Origin: Folioceros fuciformis
Taxonomy: Eukaryota
Reading direction: 5' to 3'
DNA: 52,896 bases
Assembly: GCA_049999805.1 (NCBI GenBank)
Contig: JBNGIO010005683.1
Location: 41,285-94,180, forward strand
In this document: piece by piece, positions 23,516-36,241 of the stretch
Layout of the letters: each line of letters begins with the position of its first letter
How positions within the stretch are numbered: position 1 is the first letter of the stretch
The notes under the pieces: model-generated
The model's input: the letters and a program-made list of their open reading frames with translations, nothing else
What the model was told of the DNA's origin: nothing
The model's database searches: none
Translations under genes and position numbers: made by a program

Positions 23516-23735
23516 GTATGGAGTCTGACCTAACCGCTGTAGCCACAGTTAAGGTTAGGTAGGTACTAACAGGTAGGATCATGTCAGTATGTTAGGGAAG
23601 AATAAGTAGACTGCCTTGACTTGGGATCACTCTTTNNNNNNNNNNNNNNNNNNNNNNNNNNNNNNNNNNNNNNNNNNNNNNNNNNNNNNNNNNNNNNNNN
23701 NNNNNNNNNNNNNNNNNNNNNNNNNNNNNNNNNNN

Positions 23736-26312
23736 CTGCAATGTTATATTCTTCCTCTCAGCAAAGGAGTTTTATGCTGGAGTGTAGGGCAAAGTGAATT
23801 GATGATGAATCTCTTCATCTTCGCAAAAATCTTGGAAAGCTAAGTTGGTATACTCACCATCGTTATTTGTACGGAGAATCTTCACACAGGCACCAATCTG
23901 CCTTTGTACATGCCTCACAAAAGATTGGAAGCACTCAAGGGCTTCACTCTTGTTCTTGAGAAAATATACTGTGCAATATTGGCTCCACTTGTCTACAAAT
24001 GTGATAAAATATGGTGCACCTCCAAAAGAAGCCGTCGATATGGTGCAGTAGATGTCATTGTGAATTGTTTCAAGGACTGCCTTTGCACAGGTAAGGTGCT
24101 TGTCCCAGTAAGGCAAGGAATGTGCCTTGCTCATTGCACATGAGTCACAGAAAGGGCTGAACTTTGGGATGAAGTTGATGGTATCTCTAAAACTACCACT
24201 ATGAGCTAGAGACGACAACTTCTAAAAATTAACATGGCCAAGGCGATAGCACCAAAGATGTATGGTGAGTTTCATCTAGAGAGCATGGTAGATGGAATGG
24301 TAGGAGGCTCCAAAGTTAAGACATCAAGCATGTACAAGTCATTATATGGGTGGCCAGAAAACAACTTGTGATTGGAGTTGGGGCTAAATATATGACAACT
24401 TGTGTGGTCAAAGCAGACTTGACACAAGTGTTCTTGTGTGAGTTTGTAAACAAACATGAGGTTCATCATAGCCGAGACATAACGTACTCTTGATAGGGTG
24501 AGACTCCTATGCCCAAGTAGTTGTATCATGACATAACTTCTGCCCTTTATTGATAAACCATTATCATCACCTGACAACACAAACTGCTTATCATTCTTAG
24601 AGGGAACAAAAGATGAGAAGGCACGCCTGTCTAAACATATGTGACTTGTAGCACCTGAATCTATAAACCACTTATCTTGTTGGACAGTGACATAATTCAC
24701 ACAATAACAACTATTGAAGGCAACTTGGCTCTGCCCATAGCTACATTAGACCCTGGAAGAGCTGAGTTCACCATTGCTCTTCTTTTTGTAGACACTCTTA
24801 TAATGCCCTGGTATTGTACACCAGTTGCATGTAAAAGGTTTCTTCTGCAAGTTGGGCAGCCTTGATGAAGGTGGATTGAATGAGCCTCTTCCACAACCTC
24901 GTCCATGATATCCTCCATGCCCACGTGAGGCATACAACACTCGATTGCTGTTGTTGATTGTAGAGCCTCTATTCTTATGAAGAGTCCTTGACCTTTCTTC
25001 CGCTAAGAGTGCTCCAAGGACTTCCTCCAAGATAACATTAGGTGTGGTCCCAGCTGTTGCTACTTGAACTGCTGCTCGAATAGTTGCATTTTGTGAACTC
25101 ACCAACTGTCAGTAGATGTTTGGCAGAGAAGCAAGAAGGTTTACAGCAACCTGAACTTCTGTTAAAACAATGCCACCGCAAGCCAAGTTAGCCCTCAAGG
25201 TTCTAAACTTGTGTATACAGCCCTCGACGGGCTCAAAGTCCTTCATCCACAAGATAAAAAATTCACAGTATGCATGCACCATCGATGCTAAGCTTTTGTT
25301 TTCATAAATGAGTTTGAAAGCCTTCCACACAACATTAGAGGTGGTTGCACCTATTGTATGAGGCATCATAGTTCTATTCAGGGAGGCAATAAGTATTGAT
25401 CGAGCCCTCCTATCCTTTTGCTGACAAGGTAGGAAATTTTCTAGCGGGGATGCAAGACAAGCATCAAAGCCGTCTACAATGCCCATCAACTCATTCTCAT
25501 CAAAGATCTGCGTTAGCCTCATGAACCAGATAGCATAATCGATCCCATCAAACTTGTCTTTGTCCCTGAACTCTATTTTGAGAGGAACGATGCAAGGAGT
25601 TTGCTGTGAGGATAGGGGCAAGAGTGCTACCTGACATATTTGCTAAGACAGTGTTACTCACCAACTTGAACTGCGACCTATGCTCAAGAAGCAACCTAGG
25701 CTGCATTGCTTGAGGAGAGAAATCAAAAGGTGAGTAATCCACAAACTCGATGTCAAAATCATGAAAAAGAAAAGGCAAATTAGTAGTTGTCCTCCTCAGT
25801 TTGCATACGACATGGATTTTGAGAATATTGAAGAACAATGCCCATACATTGAGACTTGTTTATCAAGATTCAAAGCAGAAAGATGATCTTGACAAATCTC
25901 ATGAAGAATCTGGATAGATTCAGAAAGGCAATCAATCAACTCCTTTTGAGTGTGAAGGAGTTACAAATTGGTGATAGGGAGGTGGACCAAAGATTTGGTG
26001 GTGACGCTGGTTGAAGATAGTGTTCTTTGTGTTCTCGTAAAGGGGCTAGCAACAGGTTGAATCTCAAACGGTTGTGTGCTCATAGAACAATTAGCTCTTA
26101 GGCCATGGCGCTGAACAATGGAAGGCGATGTTGGGCATGTTGTGAATCTTTCCTCCTCTCTGCATTGGGGGCAAAGCAGGCCGGAAACTTATAAGTGTGC
26201 AAGCTTATCGGCACTTAGGGCACACTTATCATCGGCCTTTGTGTAACGCTTTGGCATCTTGAAGATTGGTTGGTTGATCGCTCATATATAGAGAATCATG
26301 GGTTTGATACCA
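23736..26312 (-). mobile_element. Ty1/copia gag-protease-GAG-pre-integrase-integrase core, degenerate (element A, 5' piece) with PBS-like site
   Basis: gag (KFDGIDYAIW, LLASLP, LLAEE), CCHC-like CNWCTIPGH, protease WFIDSGATSHI, integrase IHNDI...YFITFVD...LRTNNDGEY...PYTP. TGGTATCA (tRNA-iMet-like PBS) on minus at 26312-26305. Many stops and frameshifts. Confidence 0.9.
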
Positions 26313-26674
26313 TAAAGTATTCCTAACCTTATTTGCTGGAAGCAACATGAAGTAAGCAAGCGAACAATCGTGAGAAGCCAAAATGTATTAAGAGAGAGAG
26401 AGCGATTGATGCACAAAGATGTTTTTAAGTACAGATGGATGAAGACGGTTTTCATAACTGCTATCACTACACGGGCAACTACACTAACTGTAAGGTAAGT
26501 CTTATGCTTCTTTTTATCTACCATTAAAGAACACATCTAGATCATTGCACTTGGCTTGCTCTCTCCTAACTTGTAGCTATGAGAGCCTCTTGAAAACTCA
26601 AGAACACATCTAGTGCGTTACATAGTGGAGGATAACATATTGCTACAAATGACACAATGCGTGAAATAATTCTT

Positions 26675-26838
26675 TTTCTTCGGCCAAGGGGATAGCTCCT
26701 CATCCTATAGAGAGTACCCCTATTTCTTCCTCAATGAAATGTTAACCATTTGATCTTTCTTTGGCCAAGGGGGATAGCTTCTCATGCTATAAGGAGTACC
26801 CCTATTTCTTCCTCAATGAAATGTTAACCCTTTGATCA
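26675..26838. repeat. ~80-bp tandem duplication
   Basis: ggccaagggg(g)atagct...gagtacccctatttcttcctcaatgaaatgttaacc occurs twice. Confidence 0.85.
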
Positions 26839-27227
26839 ACCCTTTTTCGTTATCCAAGAGGACTAGGCCTAGTCCTCTTGCCTGGTCTTGTATTGCTTGG
26901 TCCTATGTTGCTCAATCCTTGCCACCAAAACCTAGGTTTTGGTGTCTTGATGTGCTTGTCAAGCATCCCACATGGGACTTTTCTTATGAGTATGTCAACC
27001 CTCAACCTTTGAGGTTGAGCACTGCAAGGTGCACATTGGCTAAGACCCATAAACACGTCCCATGTAGGATAAGCATAGCTTAGTCCCCTTGCCATTGAGA
27101 CATACAAGACCATATACAAGGCATTCTCTAAGTTTCTTAAAACATGTGCCAAGGCATATCATAATAAGAAGAGCAAAGTTGGTACCGTACATTGTGGATT
27201 TCGGTTGATAGCAAGAGTCCATCACCG

Positions 27228-27485
27228 TACTAAGGGTATTGGAATATTTTGTGTATAAAATTATAACAAGTGTAGCAAGTGTCCATCAACCTACTAAGAG
27301 CATTAGACATCAACCTACTAAGAGCATTAGAATATGTTGTTTACAAAATTATAACGAGCGTAGAAGTGTCTATCAGCCTACCAAGGGCATCAGAATGTGT
27401 TGTTTACAAAATTATAACGAGTGTAGCATGTGTCCATCAGCCTACCAAGGGCATTAGAATATGTTGTTTACAAAATTATAACGAG
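27228..27485. repeat. 63-64-bp minisatellite, ~4 copies
   Basis: ccta(c/t)aag(a/g)gcattagaatatgttgtttacaaaattataacgag... at ~27228, 27314, 27377, 27441. Confidence 0.9.
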
Positions 27486-30400
27486 TGGAGTGGAGATGGC
27501 TTCAACAGCTCTAGTGGCATGTAGAGCCTTCCACCTTCATAACCACCATGCATTAGGTGCAATTGGGTAGTTTAAAACCAATAAGTAGGCCTGGGGACTA
27601 GTTCTCTTTGGCTTGAACAACTTTTTATTGGCAATTTCCCTTCTTTCATGGGTATCTAGTTTTATCTGTCTCATTTTCTAACAAAGTTTCCATATTCCTT
27701 TTAATTCTTCGTAAAGATAAAGACCTCTAAGTGAAAAGTATATTCTTGTTCATGGTAAACAAATTTTTCTAAAGGTTATATATATATTTTCATAATTCTC
27801 TCTCTATATATTATAAGTTGAATAGTTACTTGTATTTAAAGAACTTGATTTGATGTAAGCACAACGTTATTCATAATTTTTGGCTAACATATGGATGATA
27901 TGAGGAAACATATACGAGGTATCACTTGAATTATGCAATAATGAATCTAGATAATGTTAACATGATATCGCATATTTTTAAAACATGTGAAATACACACA
28001 AGTAAGTCCAACATTGAGATTGCCCAAGTTATGTAACTTGATATATTTGTTTCTTACATTCACTCTTTCTTTTCTTGTTAAATTGTTGTTAAAATTTTCA
28101 TCAATTTTGATTAATTAAAAAAATAATTGTTCATCCATTCTCTTAAATATGACAATAAATTTGTGGTTTAATTTTTTTTAGGGTTTAGTGTTTATCTTTT
28201 CAAGTTCATTATACTTAGCTTTGAAAGGGGAAGATCTAATGTTGTGAAAGGAGAACAAGTATATTGTCCACATGGTTATGATTCAATAAAATTGAATGTT
28301 CGAATCGCAACTTCTTTGAGACTTTGTAGTCGAACACCAATTAGTTACACGATTCAATTTGTTGCATAAAGTGCAACAATTGCTACTTTAAATAAGGGTA
28401 GCCGTGTGAATATGTTTGTCAAAGTTAGTTGTTTGCCACAATTCAAGTACAATCAAAATTACCTTGCTTCTTTGAACTGTATTACAAAGAAAAGTTTCAA
28501 AAAGTGTAACAATGCACATGGTGCATTGTATTAGACAATTAGTTGTTTTGTGCAGTGTGAGATATTCCAATTTTATTATGAGCACTAATAGAAAAATAAA
28601 TTTGATAAAATACCATAAAATAAAATAACATAATTCTAATATGTTTTGATCACAATCTCTAATGAAATGAAATAAGCATATTTTATTCACTAAGCAGCAT
28701 GCTTTAATGCAGCAACAATATTATCAATAACAAATTCAAAATTTTACTTGTAAAACTTTATAATATCAACATTGGCTAGGGAGAAAGAGGTTTCTCCATT
28801 CAAAAGGGGTTTTAGCTAAAATCCCAACAATTTTCTACAAGTTTGGATTTATTTATTTTTTACATCTTTTGTAGATCCTTAATAACCTCTTTTATGGTGT
28901 TGAGAGAGAAATTTCACTTCAATGTCAATATTACAATTTGCACGCACTTCACATGATATAAAAATTAAGAATTAGTAAGGATGAATACATGTTGAGCTTT
29001 CAATTTACAATAATTGAAATATGTTATGTTTTTAGAAAAAATCTAAGTTTTATAAAATTTAGAGTAGCCTTCATTGTACGATGCATACAAATTCGCATCA
29101 CTTCAAAATTAACCTCCAAGTGCAAAGAGGGGTTTCTGGAGAAACCCTTTCTTCCTCTCTTAAACTCGCCTTGACATGATAAAACTTGATTCTAGCTAGA
29201 TTTGAATTGCTAACCTTTAGAGCACCTGGAATCGACTTGTAGCTTGATTGCAACGAAGAAAAAGTCTACTAGCTATGCTTTCCATGTTCATAGATCTACA
29301 TATCGCTTCAAAGGACTTGGCCCAATGCCATTAGTGGCAAAGTGTTGGTGGCTTGGCCTGGAAGACCGTCTATTTTTCTAAATGGCACAATGTGGCGTGG
29401 AATGCACCAAAGATGAAGAGATGATGTTGCAATGGAGCAAAGAAACATAAGTGGAGTTCGTTCTCGAGAGCCTGCTCCATTTGTCAGCAAATGATTTGAG
29501 GGGCTCTTTTCTCGATCCGCTTCCGGAGGCCAAGGGCTCCACCAATGCCCATTTGCTAGCTTAAAGTTCGCAACAACAGCGAGAGTACCTACTGCAGAAT
29601 AATGGAGTACTGCAGTACATCACTGGGTCCATGAGATCTTCGGATGCCCTCCTCGTAAAACTCGCAAATCGCCTTGCACCAACTAATCTGCACCAGCGTC
29701 GTTGCCATCTCGCAAATGTTGAATCCAATGCTTCCATGGGACAAGTTGGTGATCGCGTTCTTGTGTAGCTACATCATAAGTGTAGAGTGGCATTCGGAAA
29801 AAGGCTCCGTGTGAGTGTGATGACACCGAACCCGTGTTATGCCATGGACTTCGCATTCAAAGGAGACCTCGTACTAGCACAAGAGTATGCGTCAGACTCT
29901 CCACAATCTTCAGCAAGGGAGACGTGTGGCGGTAGAATGGAGCTTGCTGTGCCAGCAGAGCACAAAATCTGGTGATACTGGAAAGGTTGAGCTGGCTGGT
30001 CCAGTCGAGGGAGCTTGTTTAGAAGGTGGTCGTACAGCTGGAGCCCAGGCACCTTCACACTTTCGAGAGGCCTGGTACCTGAGGCAATGAGGGAAATTGA
30101 CTGGCTTGTACCGTACGGCGCGGCAGGCATGAAGCCAAAGGATATTTTAGCTGTAAGGAAACGCCCAGCTTGGGTGGTGCTCAATGTGATGGTTCCGTTC
30201 TACGACTTCGTCTCCAACAGATTGAAAGCCTTAGAGCAGCCTACAGTTGGGCACTTTGGAAGCACTGACCCACATGTGGACAAGCCCAGGACCTCCCATC
30301 TCTGTTCAAACACTTCATGAACTCCGTGAGGCTTTTGCCCCATTATCTCAGTGATGTTTGCACGGAAGCCTTCACATTCGTCGCCTCTGAGAGACAAAAG

Positions 30401-30963
30401 TAATATGACCAGGCCCCCGATGATGAACATGCACAGTGGGATCGCGCATCACCTAACGTTGGCCAGGAAGACTGTACTGACAAGTTAGGTGATGCCCTTG
30501 ATCAATTCCTCGTTCAAGTGACGCCGAAGTCGGTAAGATGGTGTCAAAGGTGATGGGACCCGGTATGACAAGACTAGTTCACGTGCAGTACCCAGTGTGC
30601 AAGATTACCATAACCACTTTAGTCTCATGGTACTGCGATCCTCATCCTGCTGCACTGTCGTCCACACAGATGCAAATCAAGGTCGCTATTGCAGAGTGAG
30701 CTGTGCAGATGAAGCCAAGCTTGAAGTGCGCGGCGCATGTTGGTTTATGGCTTGCACTCTGTCGTTTGTCGCTTGTCTCTTTGCAAGGTTGAGTCTGGAG
30801 GTAATTCTTCGCTCTTCGATGGGCTTGTGGGGCTGGACCAGGCATTCTGGACCCCCCTCCGTATTAAGAGACGAGTCTGAAGAGCATGCAAACCTCGCTG
30901 ACATAGGATAGTGTCCCTTGTCCCTGCCTATCACGCCCCCCAAGAAGAGCATGAGCGAGAGCT

Positions 30964-32366
30964 TCAAATATCTGAGGTTAAAGAAGAGGAGATGCAGGAA
31001 CCAGTATCATTGCTACCGTCGTCCCTGGTCTCCCGACGATCGTCGCGGAAATCTGCCCTGACGTAGGCAAGGAGGCTCTTGTTGAGGGGCTGCCGCGATT
31101 TGAACAAGGCGAGGTACTCTGCGTAGGTGAAGGGCCTGTAAACGGGAGGGTGGTTTGAGTCGAGCAGCTGGGGCAAGGGCGCTACGGTGGCGTCCTTGCG
31201 GGGGGAGTAGAACAAGGCCATAGACAGCCTGGGCGTGTCGGGATGCACCTGCGCTCGATGCATCACGCTGGGATACACGTCATTGCTCACAGCCTGCAAC
31301 CCAGCAGCACCAAATTGAACACACGCACGTCCACCGGAATTAATTGACAGGCATTTTGCTGTTAGGACGTCGCTAAGCGAGAGACGGTAGTCACCTGGAG
31401 AATGTCCCCAACATTGACGACGAAGGCCCCAGGATGCGGCTTCACGAAAACCCAACGCCCGTCCTTGAGGATCTCAAGCCCACCCACGTCGTCCTGATGG
31501 AGCACGGTGAGCACGGATGGGTCGGAATGCGGCACAACGCCGATGCTCTTGGATGGCTCCGGGCAGTTGGGGTAGAAATTGAGACGGTGCGTGGTGAAAC
31601 TGTCTGCGCCGCCACAGTAGCGCGTGATGCAATCCTGCTCTAGCCCGGGCCCAAGGGCCTCCGTCAGCAGCTCCACCATCTGCTTCGCCACGTTCTCCAC
31701 CGCCATCACGTACTCCCCCAGCCCGGCACTGTGTTCCAGGCAACAATCGCTCAGCAAGAGCATTGCCAAGTCCTGGGATGAATTTTTACGAGGGAATCAC
31801 ATCGCACGACGCGCTTGCAGCGAGATATGTACGTACCTGAATTCCTGGGCTTGAGCCGGGTCGGGCCAGATTCTATCGGAGTAGTGCTGGATGATCCCGG
31901 GGTCGTTGAAGACGGTGAAGTTCTGCTGCCACAGGAAGAGGTTGCAGGCGCTCCTGCGCAGGACGGGACCACGCGGCAGGGGCTCGGGGACGCCCCCGAC
32001 CCGGTATCCCACGGAGGATCCATCCGACGGGCCTGGGCAGCACCCCGCCAGCTTCCGCTCGAAGGGCAGCGCGAACAGGGATCGCGCTAGGCCCTGCACG
32101 TGCTCTACGAGCTCCAACGACACGCCGTGGTTCACGATCTGGAAGAAGCCCCATTCACGAGCCGCCTGCCCCACCTCCCGCGCCAGCCTCGCCCTGCAGG
32201 CTGCGCCCCCGTCCGCCAGAACAGACAGGTCGAAGAGCGGCACATCCTGCTCCGGCTGCTGCGGTTCCTCTTTCGCATCGATTTCCTTCAGAATCGCCGG
32301 GGGAGGCGGCCACAGGAAGGCCGGCGCCAGCCCGTCCATGGCGCCCGGCATCGCCACCGTCGCCAT
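30964..32366 (-). CDS. 2-oxoglutarate/Fe(II)-dependent dioxygenase (DOXC type, GA-oxidase-like); exons 32366-31837, 31728-31395, 31293-30964
   Basis: DIOX_N (VPLFDLS, AAREWGFFQIVNHGV), RLNFYPNCP, HSD...H facial triad (PHSDP, VMHRA) and RLS 2OG-binding motif. Two phase-consistent GT-AG introns. Confidence 0.92.
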
Positions 32367-33753
32367 GACGACTCGCCCCGAACTACCAGCTCAAATGACC
32401 CCCAGTGCCCCGCATTGCGGAAGACGGAATCTCCATGCCATCCGCTGACACGCACGGATCTCTTGCCCAGTCCGCGGCTTCCCAGACCTTCAGGAGACGA
32501 GACGGCGTTATCTATCTACATGTACCGCGCGTAAGATTTGTACCAATTACAGTAAGATTGACGGAGTCGCGATTTGTGATTGTTTCACGACCCGCGTTTT
32601 CCGTCCTGGCGTTGCCTTTGCTTTGCTTTGCTTTGTTCCGGCTTCTTCTTCCCCCGCGGCCGACTTTGGCTTCACAGAGCCGCGTTGGCCGCTGTGGCGG
32701 CTCCTGGGTCACAGGATTTCGATAACGATTCTTTCCCGCTTCTTTTAGGGCCGTGCGGGGCCCCCGGGTCTCGGTTGAGTTCTGTTGCACGTCACTCTTT
32801 CGCTTTTGGAAAACCGGGCCGGGACCAGCCCGGATGCCTGGACGCCAGAGCAGTCCCTGCTCGCCGGCCAATGGCGCTCCCGCTGGCAGGTTTGCATGAA
32901 ATATCTGCAATCGGGGCCGGGGCGATATTTTGGTGTGCGGTGCGGCAGCTCTTTTGGTCGGATTCGACATTGTAATCGGGGCTGATGAAGCTCCTAATGC
33001 AGATTCTAAACAGGATCTGAGCACGGGGATGAGCACACAACGACATCGGGCCCGCCTCCGGCACGACCAACCTCTGACTACCTTCCCCGTAGTCCATGCG
33101 CATGGCCTCCGCACCGGGTTAGCACTGCAAGCGCGGAATTGTGAGTCACGCTCCAGTTGGTTGGTTGCACCTGGCACTTCAGCACAGGGTGGGGAGCGGG
33201 AGCTGCGGCCCGGCGAAGGAAGCGTCACGCTGTCACCACGCCTGGCGCAACTGCCTCATTGACGCAGATTGCCTCTTTCGGAAGGTGCATCCAGAAGGTG
33301 AAGTTGACGGTGAAGGCGAGGATGAACCCTGGTCGTTTCGTGTGTTGCGCAAAAATTTCGTGTCCCCTCCCAAAAGGCTCCGGGGTCGGAGAATTCACGC
33401 TAATGGTGCGCCTTGGGTTTCAGCGTGCGCGGCTTCCCGAGCACTCAGACGGTCTGTGATTTTTGCAGGAGGGGATCAGTTCAAGTGGGAGGAGAGGAGC
33501 CGGGAAGAGTGAATCCTCAATTTTTTTCCTTATCCACTCCTTGAGAAGATGATACCGAGAGGACAATCCTTACCGCCGCACAGAAACGGCCATCGTTGCG
33601 GTCGCTTCGTCTCCCCTGGCTCCTTGTTGTGACGGTGAGGAGCAGGAAGCTAGACGATTGGGGGAAGGGGAGGCGTGCGCGTGGGCGTGGGCGTCGGGCG
33701 AGGCTCGGAGGTTCGGTTTTACTGCCTACCAGCCTAGCTTGAAGCTTCTGGCT

Positions 33754-35904
33754 ATGGAGGCGGTGACACATGCCAACAAGCTATGGCTCACAGTCGTGTC
33801 GGACGCTTTCTCTCCCCGGCCTGGCTTCCGGATCAAGGAGCAGCAGTTGTGGGGGCACAACCGGGTTCTCAATTTGATGCAGGGGCTGGGTAGAGGAGGA
33901 GCAGGAGGAGGAGGAGGAGCTGTGGCTAGGGCCGGAGCCGAAGCCGGGGCCTCTTGTCTTCTCACTGTTACTTTTTCCTTCCCCGCATCTTCCACAGGCG
34001 GTGCCAGCGCTGCTGCACCTTGTGCCAGTCCCGCCAAGGTGGCGTTGGGAATGCGCTACTCTCCAGCGGGATTGAGCCAGTCCCGCATGATGCGCCACTC
34101 GCTCTCCAACTCAGGCTCCGATTTTTCGTCTGTCACCGATGAGGCAAGTTCCCCGTATCTCAGTGCTTCTCCGTCCCCTCTCTCGGTTCCTGGTACTACT
34201 CCTGGTGCAGCAGGATCTCCCATCAACGTTGCTCCCGCCGGAGGCCTGCTTCATGTCGCTCCGGACGTGGAGGGCAGCTCAGGGCCGCAATTGCTTTCCG
34301 GGGAGCTGCCTTCTGCTTCCGGGAGCATCAAATTCAGCCTGGATTCTGCCTTGCAGCAGTCTCAGGACAACGCCGGCCAGCTGGATGTGGATTTGCAGGG
34401 CATTCTCTCCAACATCCACACCATTCAGATCCAAAACGAGGTAATGAGCAAGCAAATGAAGGACTTCCAGGAGCTGCTGCTGGAGACCACCAAGTCTCTC
34501 AACTCCAAAGCGCAGGAGGCCAGGATAGAGGCGGTGAAGCTGAAAAAGCTGGCCATCATGCAAAAGATGGAGGAGGTGAAGAGGTCTGAGGGTCAAGTCC
34601 GTAAGTCTAGCAGTGATCTGATTCAGGAGCTGCATCGCACCACCGACTCAAGCTCCGGATCTGAGGATGACGCTGCCTGCGAAGTGGAGGACCAGGCGAG
34701 CGGTGAGATTGCGGACATCGCCAATTACCTCAAGGAGAGCCGCAGCTCGGATGACGGCTGGAACACGAATTCCAACGCGTTGCAGGAGTCGAGCTCGGAG
34801 TCGGATCAGTCGGAGAGGAGTGAGACCTCCGAGCAGGCCACGGACGACGAGATGGATGTGAGCTCCATGACCAACCTCTCGGAGAGCATGGAATGCGTGG
34901 TGGCGCATCCGGGCGCGCTCTCCTGCACCAAGACCGTGATCAAGAAAGATGACTCGAGGAAAACGGCGGTGGTAACCATGGAGACCTCGGTGCGGTGCAC
35001 TGGCGATGGCTGCCTCATCACCGGCCTGGACAGCGACGACTATGTGGCTCTGGCGATGCAGACTCTGGTGGAGACGGCGCAGGCGGCGCGGCACTCTCGC
35101 ATCCAGCAATCCCGGCTTTCTGCAGACCCTGTGTGCGCGGAGAGGCACGCCCGCATCGTCGACATCCTTGCGCACGGCAAGATCGTGGGATCCCGGCCCA
35201 TGGAGCCGCCGAGCAAGTTCGGCCACGAGAGCTTCATCGTGCAGCTGCAGGAGGAGCGGACGGGGGAGAAGATGGAGGCGCTGTTCAAGCCGCGGGCGTA
35301 CGGGGACGCCGAGGGCTGGCATCGGGCGCCCGTGGAGTGGGTGGCGTACGAGCTCAACCTGCTACTGGGCATGGACTACGTTCCGCCGGTGGCTTACCGC
35401 CGAGGCCGCATCGAGCTCAAGTGCGCCAAGCACTTCCAGGAGGGCGCCTTCGTCTACTACGTCCGCAACAGTAAGGAGCTGAAACGGGTACCCGCGACTC
35501 ACTGGGGCGTACCGGTCGCCCGCCTCCTCAGCGACACCCGCATCCTGGACTGCCTGCTCAACAACAGCGACCGTCACCACGGCCACTTTCTCTTTGGCGA
35601 GCACTGGGCCGACCGCTTCAAGTCCCTCCCGGTGCTCATCGACCACGCGGCTGGATTCCGCAAAGAGGCCGTAGTGTCCCTCACGGACGAGAACGCCTTC
35701 CAGACCGGCCCCGTTCGCTGCGTCTCCGCCAAAACGTATCTCCGTCTACGCTTCCTGGAGAAGCAGGAGGTTGCGGAAAAGTTCAAGGGCTTCCTCTCGC
35801 AGGACGAGGTCGAGCAGCTCATGAAGCGGCGAGACGGGATTCTGGCGTATTTGGACCGGCTGGTGGCGGAAAGAGGGTACCAGAGGACTGTCATCGAGAT
35901 GTAA
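33754..35904 (+). CDS. Atypical PI3/PI4-kinase-like protein with long Ser-rich/coiled-coil N-terminus (start uncertain: ATG 33754 or 34051)
   Basis: Long open frame with GC3-rich codons. C-terminal ~250 aa has ALFKP, EWVAYELNLLLGMDYVPP, LLNNSDRHHGHFL and LIDHAAGF motifs of the PI4K-II/AFK/HipA-like kinase superfamily. A polypyrimidine tract plus CAG at ~33997 suggests a 5' intron. Confidence 0.75.
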   Translation: MEAVTHANKLWLTVVSDAFSPRPGFRIKEQQLWGHNRVLNLMQGLGRGGAGGGGGAVARAGAEAGASCLLTVTFSFPASSTGGASAAAPCASPAKVALGMRYSPAGLSQSRMMRHSLSNSGSDFSSVTDEASSPYLSASPSPLSVPGTTPGAAGSPINVAPAGGLLHVAPDVEGSSGPQLLSGELPSASGSIKFSLDSALQQSQDNAGQLDVDLQGILSNIHTIQIQNEVMSKQMKDFQELLLETTKSLNSKAQEARIEAVKLKKLAIMQKMEEVKRSEGQVRKSSSDLIQELHRTTDSSSGSEDDAACEVEDQASGEIADIANYLKESRSSDDGWNTNSNALQESSSESDQSERSETSEQATDDEMDVSSMTNLSESMECVVAHPGALSCTKTVIKKDDSRKTAVVTMETSVRCTGDGCLITGLDSDDYVALAMQTLVETAQAARHSRIQQSRLSADPVCAERHARIVDILAHGKIVGSRPMEPPSKFGHESFIVQLQEERTGEKMEALFKPRAYGDAEGWHRAPVEWVAYELNLLLGMDYVPPVAYRRGRIELKCAKHFQEGAFVYYVRNSKELKRVPATHWGVPVARLLSDTRILDCLLNNSDRHHGHFLFGEHWADRFKSLPVLIDHAAGFRKEAVVSLTDENAFQTGPVRCVSAKTYLRLRFLEKQEVAEKFKGFLSQDEVEQLMKRRDGILAYLDRLVAERGYQRTVIEM

Positions 35905-36241
35905 TAATGTAGTGGGTATGGCCTGGTCTGTACATTATGTAACCAACCGTTGATTGATTGTTAAAATTTGGAGGAGGTAAGTCCATCTACTCCTCCACAT
36001 CGAACGAAGCTAAGGTATGATGGAAGGCGTACACAGGTACGACGATGGATGATAGGACGGTGGGGAACGCAACGCAGTAGCAATCAGTGCTGTGCAGATT
36101 GTCATCGAACCATTCTAGCGCTGGGAGATGGTTGTGAAGATAAAGGGCAGAAAAATCGGAAAGAATTGAATAAGTCTGTGCTGTTGTAGACAATCTCTGA
36201 TCTGGTTGCAATCTCTGTACACACCCTATCTGCTGAGTGCG

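Larger units (their letters stand above)
19951..23635. mobile_element. Unclassified GC-rich, repeat-laden segment nested in copia element A
   Basis: Abrupt switch out of the copia integrase at ~19950. Strongly G-skewed GGCTGG-rich block 20350-21850 and several minisatellites. The right end is an N-gap. No recognisable protein domain. Confidence 0.45.

Noticed and set aside
32405-33520. ORFs up to 238 aa between the dioxygenase and kinase genes
   Set aside because: Arg/Pro/Ala-rich random-looking translations in a GC-rich divergent spacer.
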